40,526 bases of DNA from Octopus bimaculoides (Eukaryota): NCBI RefSeq assembly GCF_001194135.2, contig NC_068982.1, forward strand, positions 73,854,170 through 73,894,695, written 5' to 3'. How positions within the stretch are numbered: the stretch's first letter is position 1; the number at the start of each line of letters is the position of its first letter. Below the pieces are notes generated by a model. That model made no database searches. It was not told the origin of the DNA and worked only from the letters and a program-made list of their open reading frames with translations. Both the position numbers and the translations under genes were made by a program. Below are positions 11,793 through 24,243 of the stretch, one piece after another.

Positions 11793-12814
11793 ATCTCATA
11801 GCTTTGAGATTTCAATGATGTGATTGTTTAGTTTTTCAATTACATTGTAGAATATATGGGTTGGATATGGCTGGTTTCAATGCAAAAGGATAAACTACCA
11901 TCTTCCATGCTAGAATGTGTTGGATGGTTCGACAGGACCTGATGGGTCCAAAAACTGCATCATGCTCCAATGTTTGCTTTGGCACGGCTTCTACAATTAG
12001 ATGCCCTTCATAATGTCAACCACTTTACCAAGTGTATGAGGTGCTTTTCATTTTTCATGGCATCAGCACTAGTGAGACTGAGCAAGATTAAAATCCACTT
12101 TAACAAAATGTGGCTAAGGTGTCTTCCTGTTAGGAGACAAGAGGCTAAAATATGAAAATATGGGTCTGGAATAGGTTTATTTGTTGTAGAGGAGCTACAT
12201 GGCTACTTGCATTAAACCAGAGTGAGGTGTGAAGTTAATTCTCTTATTTTGAAACTTCATAAATTTTTTTAGGCATGATGCAATAATTATTTTGTTGGTT
12301 GACTCAGCCTGTGTTTCTGATACCATATATAACACAGAAGATAAATGATACTGGATTGTTGTTATACATTTAAAATAACATAAAGATTCTAAGCCTGACA
12401 TTGTTAACCATAACTCTTTAGCATTTACATCAGCCATATCCAGCTCAATCATAAAGAATCACATTGAAATCTCAAAAACAAAATGCACGATTAATTCAAA
12501 ACAATGGGAATAAATAAGCATTACATTTGATAGAATATAATCTGAATGCTAAAGAGTTAATGCAAAATAATGGCAATTTCTTTCACTATTTCTTACAATG
12601 TTGATGATGATGATGATGGTGGTTTCAAATTTTGGCACAGGTCCAGCAATTTTAAGGGAAGGTGTAAGATGATTAAACTGACCCCAATATTCCCACTGGT
12701 ACTTCATTTTATTGAGACTGAAAGGATAAGAAGTGAAATTGATTGCAGTGGAATTTGAATTTAGAATGTTAAGAGCCAGAAGAAATGCCACTAAGTACAG
12801 TGTTGAACTTGTTA

Positions 12815-13302
12815 ATCTAAGGACCCAAATCTTAGTCCTCCTGCTCAGATACCAGCAGCACCAAACACCCTTGCCCAATGTGTCCACAACTGTACCACAG
12901 CTCATTCAAGTCTTTTTAGGACATCAAACTTGCAGCTAATTCCATTATGAATCTAACTGCTGAGATAAGTCAAGCAGTCAGCAACTTCGACATTCTCACT
13001 GCAACAGAGACAGATTAGGTAGGGTCCTCCAAGAATCCAATGCAAGGACTGGATCTTTATCTTCACCCAAGAGACTCTAAGGCCAAGTGGTTCTGCTTTC
13101 TCACCCAATGAAAGGGGAGTGCTCCTTGAGACATCCAGAGACTCAGCAACAATAACTGCATCATCAGCAAAATCTAGGTCTGCAATCTTAGTTTCACCAA
13201 TGAGTGTGCACCACAACTTTATTGAGCCACCATTCAGCCAAGTATCCAATCCATACAGGCACTGAGCAGAGTCAGATCCAAGACACAACCCTGATGGATC
13301 TC
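12815..13302 (-). mobile_element. RTE-type LINE RT fragment, inverted 5' segment
   Basis: Minus strand gives HQGCVL...IADLDFADDAVIVAES...LGLRVSWVKIKIQ...TYLSS...KGVWCCWYLSRRTKIWVL, with stops and frameshifts. Confidence 0.85.
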
Positions 13303-13746
13303 AGACCCTGCTCTACAGTTGTGAGACTTGGACACTATCTGAGGCCCTTCGGAGCTTCCCAAACTCCTTTGGTACCAGGATGCTTCACAAGATTATGGAT
13401 TATCATTGGTCAGATTTCATAATCAACCAATGAATTTACTCAGAAACTGGGATGTATCCTGTTACTTCTATGATTTAGGAGCACCAGCTCAGACTGATCA
13501 TGTTGCTAGGTTGTCCAAGTTAGACCCTGCATGTGTTCTCTTCACTGATGATCTAGCTGGTTCGAAGGCCAATGCTGGTCAGTCACATGCCACATGATCA
13601 TGGCAGATGAAAAGTATCTTGCAGAGACGGGGACTGACTGGAACTCTTTTCCAATAGGTTGATCAGGAGGACCCATGAATATACTAACAAATGGTGAATG
13701 CAGTAGTATGCTGCAACAGCACATGCCCTCACACCCAACCTAACCT
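13303..13746 (+). mobile_element. RTE-type LINE C-terminal/3' segment continuing the inverted fragment
   Basis: Plus strand gives TLLYSCETWTLSEAL...HWSDF...DHVARLSKLDPA..., decayed. Ends ...ccctcacacccaacctaacct. Confidence 0.8.
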
Positions 13747-13769
13747 TATTAACGATTCTACCAGCTTGA

Positions 13770-14700
13770 AAGGGGTAAGTTGATTACATCAATCCCAAAA
13801 CTTGACTGGGTACTTTATTCTATAAATCCTATAAGAATGAAAAGCAAAGTGGATTTTAGCAAGATTTGATATCAGAATATAAGGAGCTGGAAGAAATTTT
13901 GTCTGACATGCTAATGATTCTACCAGCTTGCCACCTTAATGATGATGATGATAATAATAATAATAATAATCATTTCTACTACAGGCACAAAGCCTAAAAT
14001 TTTGTGGGGAGGGGAGTAGTAGATTACATTGACCTCAGTGTTTCACTGGTACTTCATTTATCGACCCTGAAAGAATGAATGGCAAAGTTGACCTTGGCGG
14101 AATTTGAATTCAGAATGTAGCAACAGGTGAAATACCACTAAACATTTTGCCTGGTACGCCAAATATAATAACGATGATTTCAATTTTTTGCACAAGGTCC
14201 GCAAGTTTGAGGGAGGGGTAAGTCAATTAACTGGTACCTAGGCGGAATTTGAACTCAAAATGTGTGAAAACAGACAAAATGCCACTACACGTTGTCCAGC
14301 ATGATAATAATTCTGCCTTAATAATAATAATAATCCTTTCTACTATAGGCAGAAGGCCTGAAATTCTTGGTGAAGGGACTAGTCAATTACATTGACCCCA
14401 GTGCTTCACTGGTACTTAATTAATCTACTCCAAAAGGATGAAAGGCAAAGTCAACCTCAGCTGAATTTGAACTCAGAACATAGCGGCGGATAAAATACCA
14501 CTTAGCATTTCACCCGGTATGCTAACAATTCTGCCAGCTCACTACCTTAATAATAATAACAATAATCCTTTCTACTATAGGCACAAGGCTCGAAATTTGG
14601 GGGAAAGGAATAGTTAATTACATTGACCCCAGTACTCAAATGGTGCTTATTTTATCGACCCTGAAAGGATGAAACCTTCCATGTTGCCATGTTTACATCA
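13770..14700 (-). repeat. Head-to-tail pile of five SINE family 2 copies
   Basis: Repeated units (aat)n-atcctttctactataggcacaaggcc...gaaaggatgaaaggcaaagt...aatttgaactcagaa...gctaac.attctgccagct. On the element strand there is a tRNA-like head with B box GAGTTCAAATTC and an (ATT)n tail. Confidence 0.85.
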
Positions 14701-14709
14701 AATATAATA

Positions 14710-15260
14710 ATAGCTAGCACTCTGTTGGTTATGACGAGGGCTCCAGTTAATTTGATCAATAACACAGCCTGCTTGTGAAATTAATGTGAAAGTGCCTGAG
14801 CACTCCACAGACATGTGTACCTTCAACCCTTTCATTACTGTATTTATTTTGTGATGCTCTGTGTTTCTTTCAATTACTTTAAATATATCAAAGGATTTAG
14901 TAAAACGACTTAGTTATCATTCAGCTAGTGTTAGGAACATAAATTGTGACTAAGGTTTGGTGGAAGATTTTAATTCAAAACTTATGAAAACAAGACATTT
15001 GTATGATGGAGCCAGAGCCGGTTTCAGCCGGGTTGGTATTGAAAGGGTTAATGTAATTCTCAGGGAAATTCAGCATGGCACAGAATGTGACAAGGTTGGC
15101 CCTTTGAATTACACATACATCTCATTTCTGCCAGCTTAGTGGACTGGAGCAACATGAAATGAAATGTCTTGCTCAAGAACATAATGTGCTGCCAGGAATC
15201 GAACTCACAACCTTACAATCATGAGCCAAATACCCTAACAACTAAGTCACTTGTCTTCAC
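14710..15260 (-). mobile_element. Decayed SINE family 3 copy split by a MITE
   Basis: Matches 9810-9960 on both sides of 14827-15047. Confidence 0.7.
14827..15047. mobile_element. piggyBac-like MITE (221 bp) inserted in a SINE
   Basis: TIRs CCCTTTCATTAC / GTATTGAAAGGG (11 of 12 match), flanked by TCAA and TTAA. It splits a family 3 SINE at its ccttaa site. Confidence 0.8.
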
Positions 15261-16118
15261 TAATATAATAATAGTGCTCTAATAATTCTGACAATCCACC
15301 ACACTTGCAGTGGTGATGGTAGTGGTTGTAGTAGGAGTAGTAGAGGTAGTGGTCATAGTAGTGGTGTTGGTGGTAGTAGAAATGGTTTCTTTTGACCAAA
15401 GTACAAAGTACAAGAACAATCGATCTTTGTAGTGGAAGAGAACAACACAGTCAGTGGAACTGGTTCTTGCCTTTTGTTTCATTAATGTTAGAAAGAAGTG
15501 GAAAATACATTCATTACATTTAAAAATTGGACTTAGAACAAAGTATAGTTTTGTATTCTATCTATAATTCTATTGAATCTACCAAAAACCATCATCTCTT
15601 GAAGATGAAAGAAAAAAAGAGAAAAGAAAAAAAAAGATGAAGAAAAAAAGAGAAAGAAGAAAAAGAGAAAAGAAAAAGTAGGAGAAAGAAATCATTTGAC
15701 TACAATAACAGACAACAATAATCTTCCTCCACCTATGGCAAATTTCATAAGTATTTGTAGTCCTTGGCCTAATGAGTAACACCGGTCATTGGTGGCATCT
15801 GAACTAATGCTCTATAATAATAGGGGCCTTTTGAGCAGGATGGGCTACTCGAGCCGAAGAAAATTCTAACTGGGCCCCACCCGCAAGGTCATGCACTGTT
15901 TATCGTGATATCATATCACTATGTCGTGCACATATGGTTGTGATGCATGTGCCTGGTGTACCCTTATCAGACGGGTAGTTATGATGGGTATAATGGGCTT
16001 CGTATATTTTACCCTAGTGTCACTTTGATGGCATGCACTGCTCTCTCTCACTCAAAAATGATAATAATAATAATAATAATAAATCTTTCATATCTTTGAC
16101 ACAAGACCAGTAATGTTA

Positions 16119-16480
16119 GATCAACATATTATCATGAAAGAAAGAAAAGATTGATAAATATGGAGACCTGAGAATTGAGATTGCCAAGATGTGGCAGCTA
16201 TGAGAGTCAAACATAAAAGTTATCCCTATTGCCATTGGAGCATTAGGTTCAATACCACCCAACCTGAAAAACCATCTGAAATCTTTAGAAATACCCTACA
16301 ATCTAGGTATACTGCAAAAATCGGCATTACTTGGAACTACACTCATATTGCATAAAGTACTGTCTGCTTGAGATCCTTGTTGTGACTTGACAGACAGTAC
16401 AAACCCCTGGTAGACACAATATCTTCAATCAACAACATCATGATATTGGATAATGTGCGACGTCTTAAATAATAGTAACA
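16119..16480 (+). mobile_element. Dong/R4-like non-LTR retrotransposon 3' fragment (restriction-like endonuclease C-terminus)
   Basis: KIDKYGDLRIEIAKMWQL*ESNIKVIPIAIGALGSIPPNLKNHLKSLEIPYNLGILQKSALLGTTLILHKVLSA* (stop at 16369-16371). The 'K..KY..L..E...W...V.P..IGALG...Q..ALLGT..IL..VL' pattern is typical of RLE-type elements. AAT-rich flanks. Confidence 0.75.
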
Positions 16481-16482
16481 AT

Positions 16483-17356
16483 AATCTTTTCTGCTAAAGG
16501 CACAAGGCCTGGAATTTTGGGGGTGGGGACTAGTTGATTACATCAACCCTAGTGTTCAACTGGTACTTATTTTGACAGGCAAAATTGACCCTGGTGGAGT
16601 TAAAGACAGATGAAATGCTGCCAAGCATTTTGCCTAGCATGCTACTGATTCTGCTAGCTTGCTGCCTCAATAATAATAATAATAATAGTAATAATAATCC
16701 TTTCTGTTAAAGGTACAATGCCTGAAATTTTGGGGGAGAGAACCAGTCAATTACATCGACCCCAGTGTTTCACTGGTACTTAATTTTTCAACTCTAAGGA
16801 TGAAAGGCAAAGTTGACCTTGGTGGAATTTGAACTAAGAACCTAAGGATGGATGAAATACCATTAAGCATTTCACCCGGTGTGCTACTGATTCTGCCAGC
16901 TCACCACCTTAACAATTATAATAACTCTTTCGAATTTTAGCATGCAGCCAGTAATTTTGACAGGAGAGGTCAGTCAATTACACTGACCTCAGTGCTTGAT
17001 TGGAACTCATCAACCCCGAAAGGATGAAAGGCAAAACTGATATAGGTGGAATTTGAACTCAGAACATTAAGAGCCAGAAGAAATGCTGTTAAGCGTTTTG
17101 TCCAATGCACAAACAATTTTGTCAGCTCAACATATTAAATAATAACAATCATTCTTTCTGATTTTGGCAAAAGGCTAGTAATTTCGGGAGGAGGGTGTTT
17201 TCAATTACATCCACCCCAGTACTTGACTGGTACTTTATTATATTGATCCCCAAAAGGATGAAAGGCAAAGTTGACCTTGGTAATATCTGAACTCAGAACA
17301 CAAAGAGCTGAAAGTATATTGCCTGATGTGCTGACAATTGTGCTAATCTGCTACCC

Positions 17357-17393
<37 letters not shown>

Positions 17394-17790
17394 CCTTTCT
17401 ACTACAGGCACAAGGCCTGGAATATTTTTGGGGGGAGAGGACTAGTAGATTACATTGACTCCAGTGTTTCACTGGTACTTAATTTAATGACCCCGAAAGG
17501 CTGAAAGACAAAGTTGATCTCAGCAGAATTTGAACTCAGAATGTAGTGACTGGTGAAATTTTGGTAAGCATTTCATCCAGCATGCTAACGATTCTGCTAG
17601 CTCACCACCCTAAATAATAATAATAATGATGGTTTCAAATTTTGGCACAAGGCCAGCATTTCAGGAGTTGGGGTAAGTCGATTACGTCAACCCCAGTGCT
17701 CAACTAATATTTACTTTACTGACCCCGAAAGGATGAAAGGCAAAGTTGACCTTAGCAAAATTTGAACTCTGAACATAAAGATGGACAAGT
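16483..17790 (-). repeat. Head-to-tail pile of six SINE family 2 copies
   Basis: Units start near 16483, 16695, 16922, 17148, 17390 and 17625, all in the same orientation and separated by (AAT)n. Other copies at 1-160, 5070-5215, 12615-12805 (-) and 19310-19437, 30745-30885 (+). Confidence 0.85.
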
Positions 17791-18259
17791 AATAAAAACA
17801 ATAACAACAATAATGTCTTATGTAGGTATTGTGACTCATTCTGTAGAAGAGAGAGATATATAGCCAAAAGTTAAATCCAGGTGGGGATTTTACCTGGAAA
17901 TGTTGAAATAATGTAAGGTGTTTAGTCAGATTTGACTCACAGAGTCAAATTATAGATGAAAAGACTAAATAAAATTTAAATAAAAAAAAAATAATGATAT
18001 GATTAATAACTTATCTCAACGAAAAAGATAAAATCATATAACGAAAGCTAAAACGAAGCAAGAGTTAATGTACGGAGAGAGATGGTAGGTTCATAAAAAT
18101 TCATTAAAGTAATACTACATTTATATATATCTGGCTGGCACGGGACTATAGTAGAAGACACTTGCCCAAGGAACCACAAGACTGAAGCTGAGATCATGGG
18201 GTTGAGAATGAACTGTCTTAATCACACAGCCATACCTCTCTGTGCATGAGTGTGTAGAG

Positions 18260-18313
<54 letters not shown>

Positions 18314-18908
18314 NNNNNNNNNNNNNNNNNNNNNNNNNNNNNNNNNNNNNNNNNNNNNNNNNNNNNNNNNNNNNNNNNNNNNNNNNNNNNNNNNNNNNNN
18401 NNNNNNNNNNNNNNNNNNNNNNNNNNNNNNNNNNNNNNNNNNNNNNNNNNNNNNNNNNNNNNNNNNNNNNNNNNNNNNNNNNNNNNNNNNNNNNNNNNNN
18501 NNNNNNNNNNNNNNNNNNNNNNNNNNNNNNNNNNNNNNNNNNNNNNNNNNNNNNNNNNNNNNNNNNNNNNNNNNNNNNNNNNNNNNNNNNNNNNNNNNNN
18601 NNNNNNNNNNNNNNNNNNNNNNNNNNNNNNNNNNNNNNNNNNNNNNNNNNNNNNNNNNNNNNNNNNNNNNNNNNNNNNNNNNNNNNNNNNNNNNNNNNNN
18701 NNNNNNNNNNNNNNNNNNNNNNNNNNNNNNNNNNNNNNNNNNNNNNNNNNNNNNNNNNNNNNNNNNNNNNNNNNNNNNNNNNNNNNNNNNNNNNNNNNNN
18801 NNNNNNNNNNNNNNNNNNNNNNNNNNNNNNNNNNNNNNNNNNNNNNNNNNNNNNNNNNNNNNNNNNNNNNNNNNNNNNNNNNNNNNNNNNNNNNNNNNNN
18901 NNNNNNNN

Positions 18909-18968
<60 letters not shown>

Positions 18969-19146
18969 ATAGTGGTAGTAGAAAACAGGAGTGAGGAGAC
19001 AGTGACAAATGAAGATTCAGATGGTAGAATTTGACAGATGTTTTTTTTTGTTTGTTTGTTTACTTCTAATTTCTCAATGATATAAATAAACCAGTTGAAA
19101 TTAAAAAAAAGAAGAAGCATAATGTCTTACACATCCACAATATATA

Positions 19147-19177
<31 letters not shown>

Positions 19178-19476
19178 TTATATCAAGTTATATGTATAGA
19201 AACAAATTAACATTAAACTTAAGGCTGAAATTACACTTGCAAAAAATTATATATATATTATTAATATTATTATTTGTCTGTTGCTTTGTTCTAAGTTCAT
19301 ATTTTGCCAAGGCTGACTTTTGGCTTTCATCGTTTTAGGGTTGATAAAATAAAAACCAGATGAGTACTGGGCTTGATGTAATTGACTATCCCCTTTCTCC
19401 AAATTTCAGGCATTGTGCCTATAGTTGAAAGGATTATGTAAAACTCCTACTAAATGTGTCGAGTGCCCTTTTCTTT

Positions 19477-19527
19477 CATTACTACAGAATAATGCCACAC
19501 ACTGTGTGGCATTATTCTGTAGTAATG
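19477..19527. repeat. Perfect palindrome: 25-bp arms, 1-nt spacer
   Basis: cattactacagaataatgccacaca-c-tgtgtggcattattctgtagtaatg. Confidence 0.95.
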
Positions 19528-19650
19528 CCCCTTATATAAATATAAACGAGTATATATATATATAGGTTCAAAAAAAGGAAAAAGACAAAAAAACAACACA
19601 AAAAACAACAATGTGAGGACGTGATACAGATATTGTTACTAGACGCTCAC

Positions 19651-19685
<35 letters not shown>

Positions 19686-19687
19686 TA

Positions 19688-21320
19688 TGGAGAAAGCCTT
19701 TGACAGGGTCCCCCGATCCCTCATCTGGTGGTCAATGAGGAAACTAGGGATAGAAAAATGGTTAGTGAGAGCTGTGCAAGCCATGTACAGAGACGCTGTC
19801 AGTAAGGTGAGGGTTGGAAATGAGTACAGTGAAGAATTCCGGGTAGAGGTAGGGGTCCACCAAGGTTCTGTCCTCAGCCCCCTCCTATTTATCATAGTCC
19901 TCCAGGCGATAACAGAGGAATTCAAGACAGGATGCCCCTGGGAACTCCTCTATGCTGATGACCTNNNNNNNNNNNNNNNNNNNNNNNNNNNNNNNNNNNN
20001 NNNNNNNNNNNNNNNNNNNNNNNNNNNNNNNNNNNNNNNNNNNNNNNNNNNNNNNNNNNNNNNNNNNNNNNNNNNNNNNNNNNNNNNNNNNNNNNNNNNN
20101 NNNNNNNNNNNNNNNNNNNNNNNNNNNNNNNNNNNNNNNNNNNNNNNNNNNNNNNNNNNNNNNNNNNNNNNNNNNNNNNNNNNNNNNNTAGCAGATGTTC
20201 AGGAGCAATAAACACTGTGAATGTGCAGAAAACAACTTCTGCCACATTCCAGGGAGAAAAACTAGACGTAGTTGATAGCTTCCACTATCTAGGTGACCAA
20301 GTTAGTAGTGGGGGAGGGTGCGCTGAAAGTGTAGTTGCTAGAATAATAGCCTGGGCAAAGTTCAGAGAGCTCTTACCTCTGCTGGTGACAAAGGGTCTCT
20401 CTCTCAGAGTAAAAGGCAGACTGTATGACGCATGTGTACGAACAGCCATGCTTCATGGCAGTGAGACATGGGCCGTGACTGTTGAAGACATGCGTAGGCT
20501 TGCAAAGAATGAAGCCAGTATGCTCCGATGGATGTGTAATGTCAGTGTGCATACTAGACAGAGCGTAAGTACCTTGAGAGAAAAGTTGAACCTAAGAAGC
20601 ATCAGTTGTGATGTACAAGAGAGACGATTGCACTGGTATGGTCATGTGGTGAGAATGGATGAGGATAGCTGTGTGAAAAAGTGCCACTCCCTAGCAGTTG
20701 AGGGAACCTGTGGAAGAGGTAGGCCCAGGAAGACCTGGGATGAGGTGGCAAGCCAAGTGAGACCTAAATCCAAGGCCTCCACCAGGGGTGTAGCTAGTCC
20801 ACTTATGCGTACCTTCCTTCATTGGACACAAAACTCCACTTGCAAAGACCTGTTGAGGCAAGTGAAATCAGAATCGAAATCGAACTAAATTCGATGACTG
20901 GCACGCATGCCAACGTCGTCTCCTTCATTGGACACAAAACTCGGCTTGTGAAGACCTGTTGGGGCAAGCGAAAGCGAAATCGTGATGGCACCTGTGCCCA
21001 GCGTCGCCTTCCTGGCACTTGTAAATACATTCGAGTGAGATCGTGCCAGTGCCGCTGGACTGGCTCCTGTGCAGGTGGCATGTAAAATACACCATTTTGA
21101 GCACGGCCGTTGCCAGTACCACCTGACTGGCCTTCGTGCCGGTGGCACGGAAAAGCACCCACTACATTCTCGGAGTGGTTGGCGTTAGGAAGGGCATCCA
21201 GCTGTAAAAATACTGCCAAATCAGATTGGAGCCTGGTGTAGCCATCTGGTTCACCTGTCCTCAGTCAAATCGTCCAACCCATGCTAGCATGGAAAGCGGA
21301 TGTTAAACGATGATGTTGAT
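19688..21320 (+). mobile_element. 5'-truncated RTE-clade LINE (RT fragment plus 3' UTR, (GAT)n tail)
   Basis: MEKAFDRVP...GVHQGSVLSPLLF...LLYADD (19688-19964), an N gap, then YLGDQ...LHGSETW...RLHWYGHVVRM...GRGRPRKTWDEV. Internal deletion near 20750. The 3' UTR ends aacccatgctagcatggaaagcggatgttaaacgatgat. Confidence 0.93.
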
Positions 21321-22437
21321 ATATACACATGACCCATCCTTGTTTGTTTTGTATCGTCTCTCTGGATGTTTTGTTGTCCCTTTTTTCTATCATCTGTCTA
21401 GATGTTTTGCGTTTGTCTCATTTTTGGTATTCATTTTTATATAAATATAGCAGCGTACATATCTAAATTTTGTACGGTCATTATTCTTTCATTCTTTCTA
21501 TCAGCCCCTTTGCACTTTCTTTCCACTCTTCTTTATTTCCTTTCCCTCTCTCACATTTCCTGGCTTTCTCTTCATTCTCACCTTCCCTCCTCTTTCACTT
21601 CATTCTGTCCCTTTTCTTTTTTTCTTGTCCCTCCCTAATTCTTCTATCCCTCTGCTTCTCTCTCCATGTGACCGGTGTTCAGCCAAGCCTGACCTTTCTT
21701 TCTTGGTTCAACTACCATCCATGCAACATCTATATTCCTCCCTATGCCTGTCATCTTCTATGTCTCTGCCATAAGGCTTCACTTCCACACACGCCGGCTT
21801 AATTTAATTCGTCCTTAGTTGAAAGACGCCTGTTGTTAATGTCTTTTAATTGCATTTATATTTGTGTACCATTTCTCCGTTTTTACCGTCCTTGTTTTCA
21901 TATACATTTGCTGTTTTCTTCCAAGGAATCTAGTGCTCTTAGCTTAGTTTTGCCTCAGGGCTGGCCAGATTAGAGCAATATCGAGTATAACCAGCCGAAA
22001 TTGCAAAGATAATCTGGAACTCGACTGAAGAAAGAAAACGCCGAATGACCCATCCTTGTTATTTTTTGTATCGTCTGTCTGGAGGTTTGTTGTCCCTTTT
22101 TTGTATCATCTGTCTGGATGTTATGTGTTTTTGTCTCATTTTTGGTATTCCTTATTATATACACACACACACACACACACACANNNNNNNNNNNNNNNNN
22201 NNNNNNNNNNNNNNNNNNNNNNNNNNNNNNNNNNNNNNNNNNNNNNNNNNNNNNNNNNNNNNNNNNNNNNNNNNNNNNNNNNNNNNNNNNNNNNNNNNNN
22301 NNNNNNNNNNNNNNNNNNNNNNNNNNNNNNNNNNNNNNNNNNNNNNNNNNNNNNNNNNNNNNNNNNNNNNNNNNNNNNNNNNNNNNNNNNNNNNNNNNNN
22401 NNNNNNNNNNNNNNNNNTATATATATATAGACGTCTA

Positions 22438-22810
22438 AACTTGGTAAGAAGTTTGCTTACCAACCACATTGTTCTGGATTCAGTCCCACTGCGTGACACC
22501 TTTGGTAAGTTGTCTTCTACTATAGCCTAGGGACAACCAAAGCCTTGTGAGTGGATTTTGTAGACGCAATCTGAAAGAAACCTGTCATATATGTGTGTGT
22601 GTGTGTTTGTCCCCCTCATCGCCGCTTGACAAATGCTGTTGGTGTGTTTATGTTGCCATAATATAGCAGTTCAGCAAAAGACTGATAAAATAAGTACTAC
22701 GCTTAAAAAATAATTCCTGGGGGTGGTCGATCTGTTTGACTAAAACCCTTGAAGGTGGTGCTCCAGCATGGCCACAGCCAAATGACTGTAAGAAGTAAAA
22801 GAGTAAAAGA
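22438..22810 (+). mobile_element. SINE family 1
   Basis: Aligns along its length to 2727-3171. Confidence 0.8.
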
Positions 22811-23599
22811 ATAAAAAATATTTAAAACCAGAGTGTGCAGCTGAAATTTGATATTAACCAGCAAGATTCATTAGGGGATAGAGGTTGTGTCTATTGTAGA
22901 ATAACCTCCTCATTTTGTAAGTTAAGATGTCGTTTTTCAATTCACATAAGTAATTTTTAACGTAAAGTATTTTTATGCCTCTCTCTTTTCCAACATTATG
23001 TTTATCCAGGAAATGAAATCTTATATATTTGTCTCGCTATTTTTTATTGTCTTTGTTAATTATAATGACTGAAATGGACAGAAAATTATACAAAATTTAT
23101 ATAAATGTAATTCTAAAGACAGGGAGAAAGAAAAAGAGAGTTTCTAGTAAACTTAAAGATTTCGGTTAAAATATTGGTTAATTTATTCACAGAAACATGA
23201 AAAGGTACTGAGTTGTCACTGCCACTGTTACTACCACTATCACCATCATCATGATCCAGAAAAAAAAAAAACACCATCACCCCTATCATCATCATCACAA
23301 ACAAAAAGCACCACCACCACCACCATCATCATCCTCATCACAAACAAAAAACATCACCACTGCCATCATAATCATGTCAAAAAACAACCACCTCATCACC
23401 ATAAAAAATGTAACCACCATTATTAATCTTATAATATGCTGCTGTTTTGTTTGTTTTTTCTCTTTTCAATGGATAACATTTGGAGTTTCTATCTCTCACT
23501 TTTTTTTTTTGGGGGGGGGGGTTCTTTACTATCAAAGGTTGTAAGAAGCTAAAAATATTGATATTTGTAAATGACCACACATCATTTGTCCTTCATTCA

Positions 23600-24105
23600 T
23601 TATATCCAATCCTGTCACCTATTCCCCATCTCTCACAACTTCTACACACCCATACTCCTCATTTTTCTGGCCCAACTCACTTCTACTTTCGTCATACCTT
23701 AAGGATCCAAGACACTTCCACCACCACTTTATTTCTTCTGATCTCCACTTCAAATGCCCCACCCTCTCTTCTAAAATGTGAGCAACCATGAAGCTCCTTG
23801 ACAGCAAGAAACCTGTTCTGCCCTGGTCCCTTCTCTCATACCTTAACCCCTCATCTTCTAGCACAAAGCTGCCTCTTTTGTGGTTTGTAATCTTGCAAGC
23901 TGCACGCTGACCTGATTGGTGCCAGTAGCATGAAAAAATGCACTCAATACACTCTGTAACATGGTTGGCATTAGGAGGCGCATCCAACCATAGAAACCAC
24001 GCCAAAGCAGACATTATAATACAAAGCAGTCCTTAGTTCTGTCAGATCCTATCAAACTATCCAACCCATGCCAGCATGGAAAACAGATGTTAAATGATAA
24101 AGATA
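23600..24105 (+). mobile_element. 3' portion of a second RTE-tail repeat family
   Basis: Shares the aacccatgccagcatggaaaa...gatgttaaatgat tail. A reverse-oriented relative lies at ~2170-2720. Confidence 0.6.
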
Positions 24106-24243
24106 ATATGAATTGTTGGAGCACTTTCTACAACTGGATAACCTCAGACAAAAGATCAGCACTAAAATACTATATGTGATATTACCACAATATTTTCTAT
24201 GAAATCAGCAATGCTTAAATTTTGAAAGGTTACCTTACAAAGC

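Noticed and set aside
12195-12452. 85-aa minus-strand ORF in non-repetitive-looking DNA
   Set aside because: No recognisable motif or splice signals; length is compatible with chance.
13770-17790. Regularly spaced repeats as a CRISPR-like array
   Set aside because: Units are ~200-250-bp diverged SINEs with microsatellite linkers, not short repeats with unique spacers; eukaryotic context with no cas genes.
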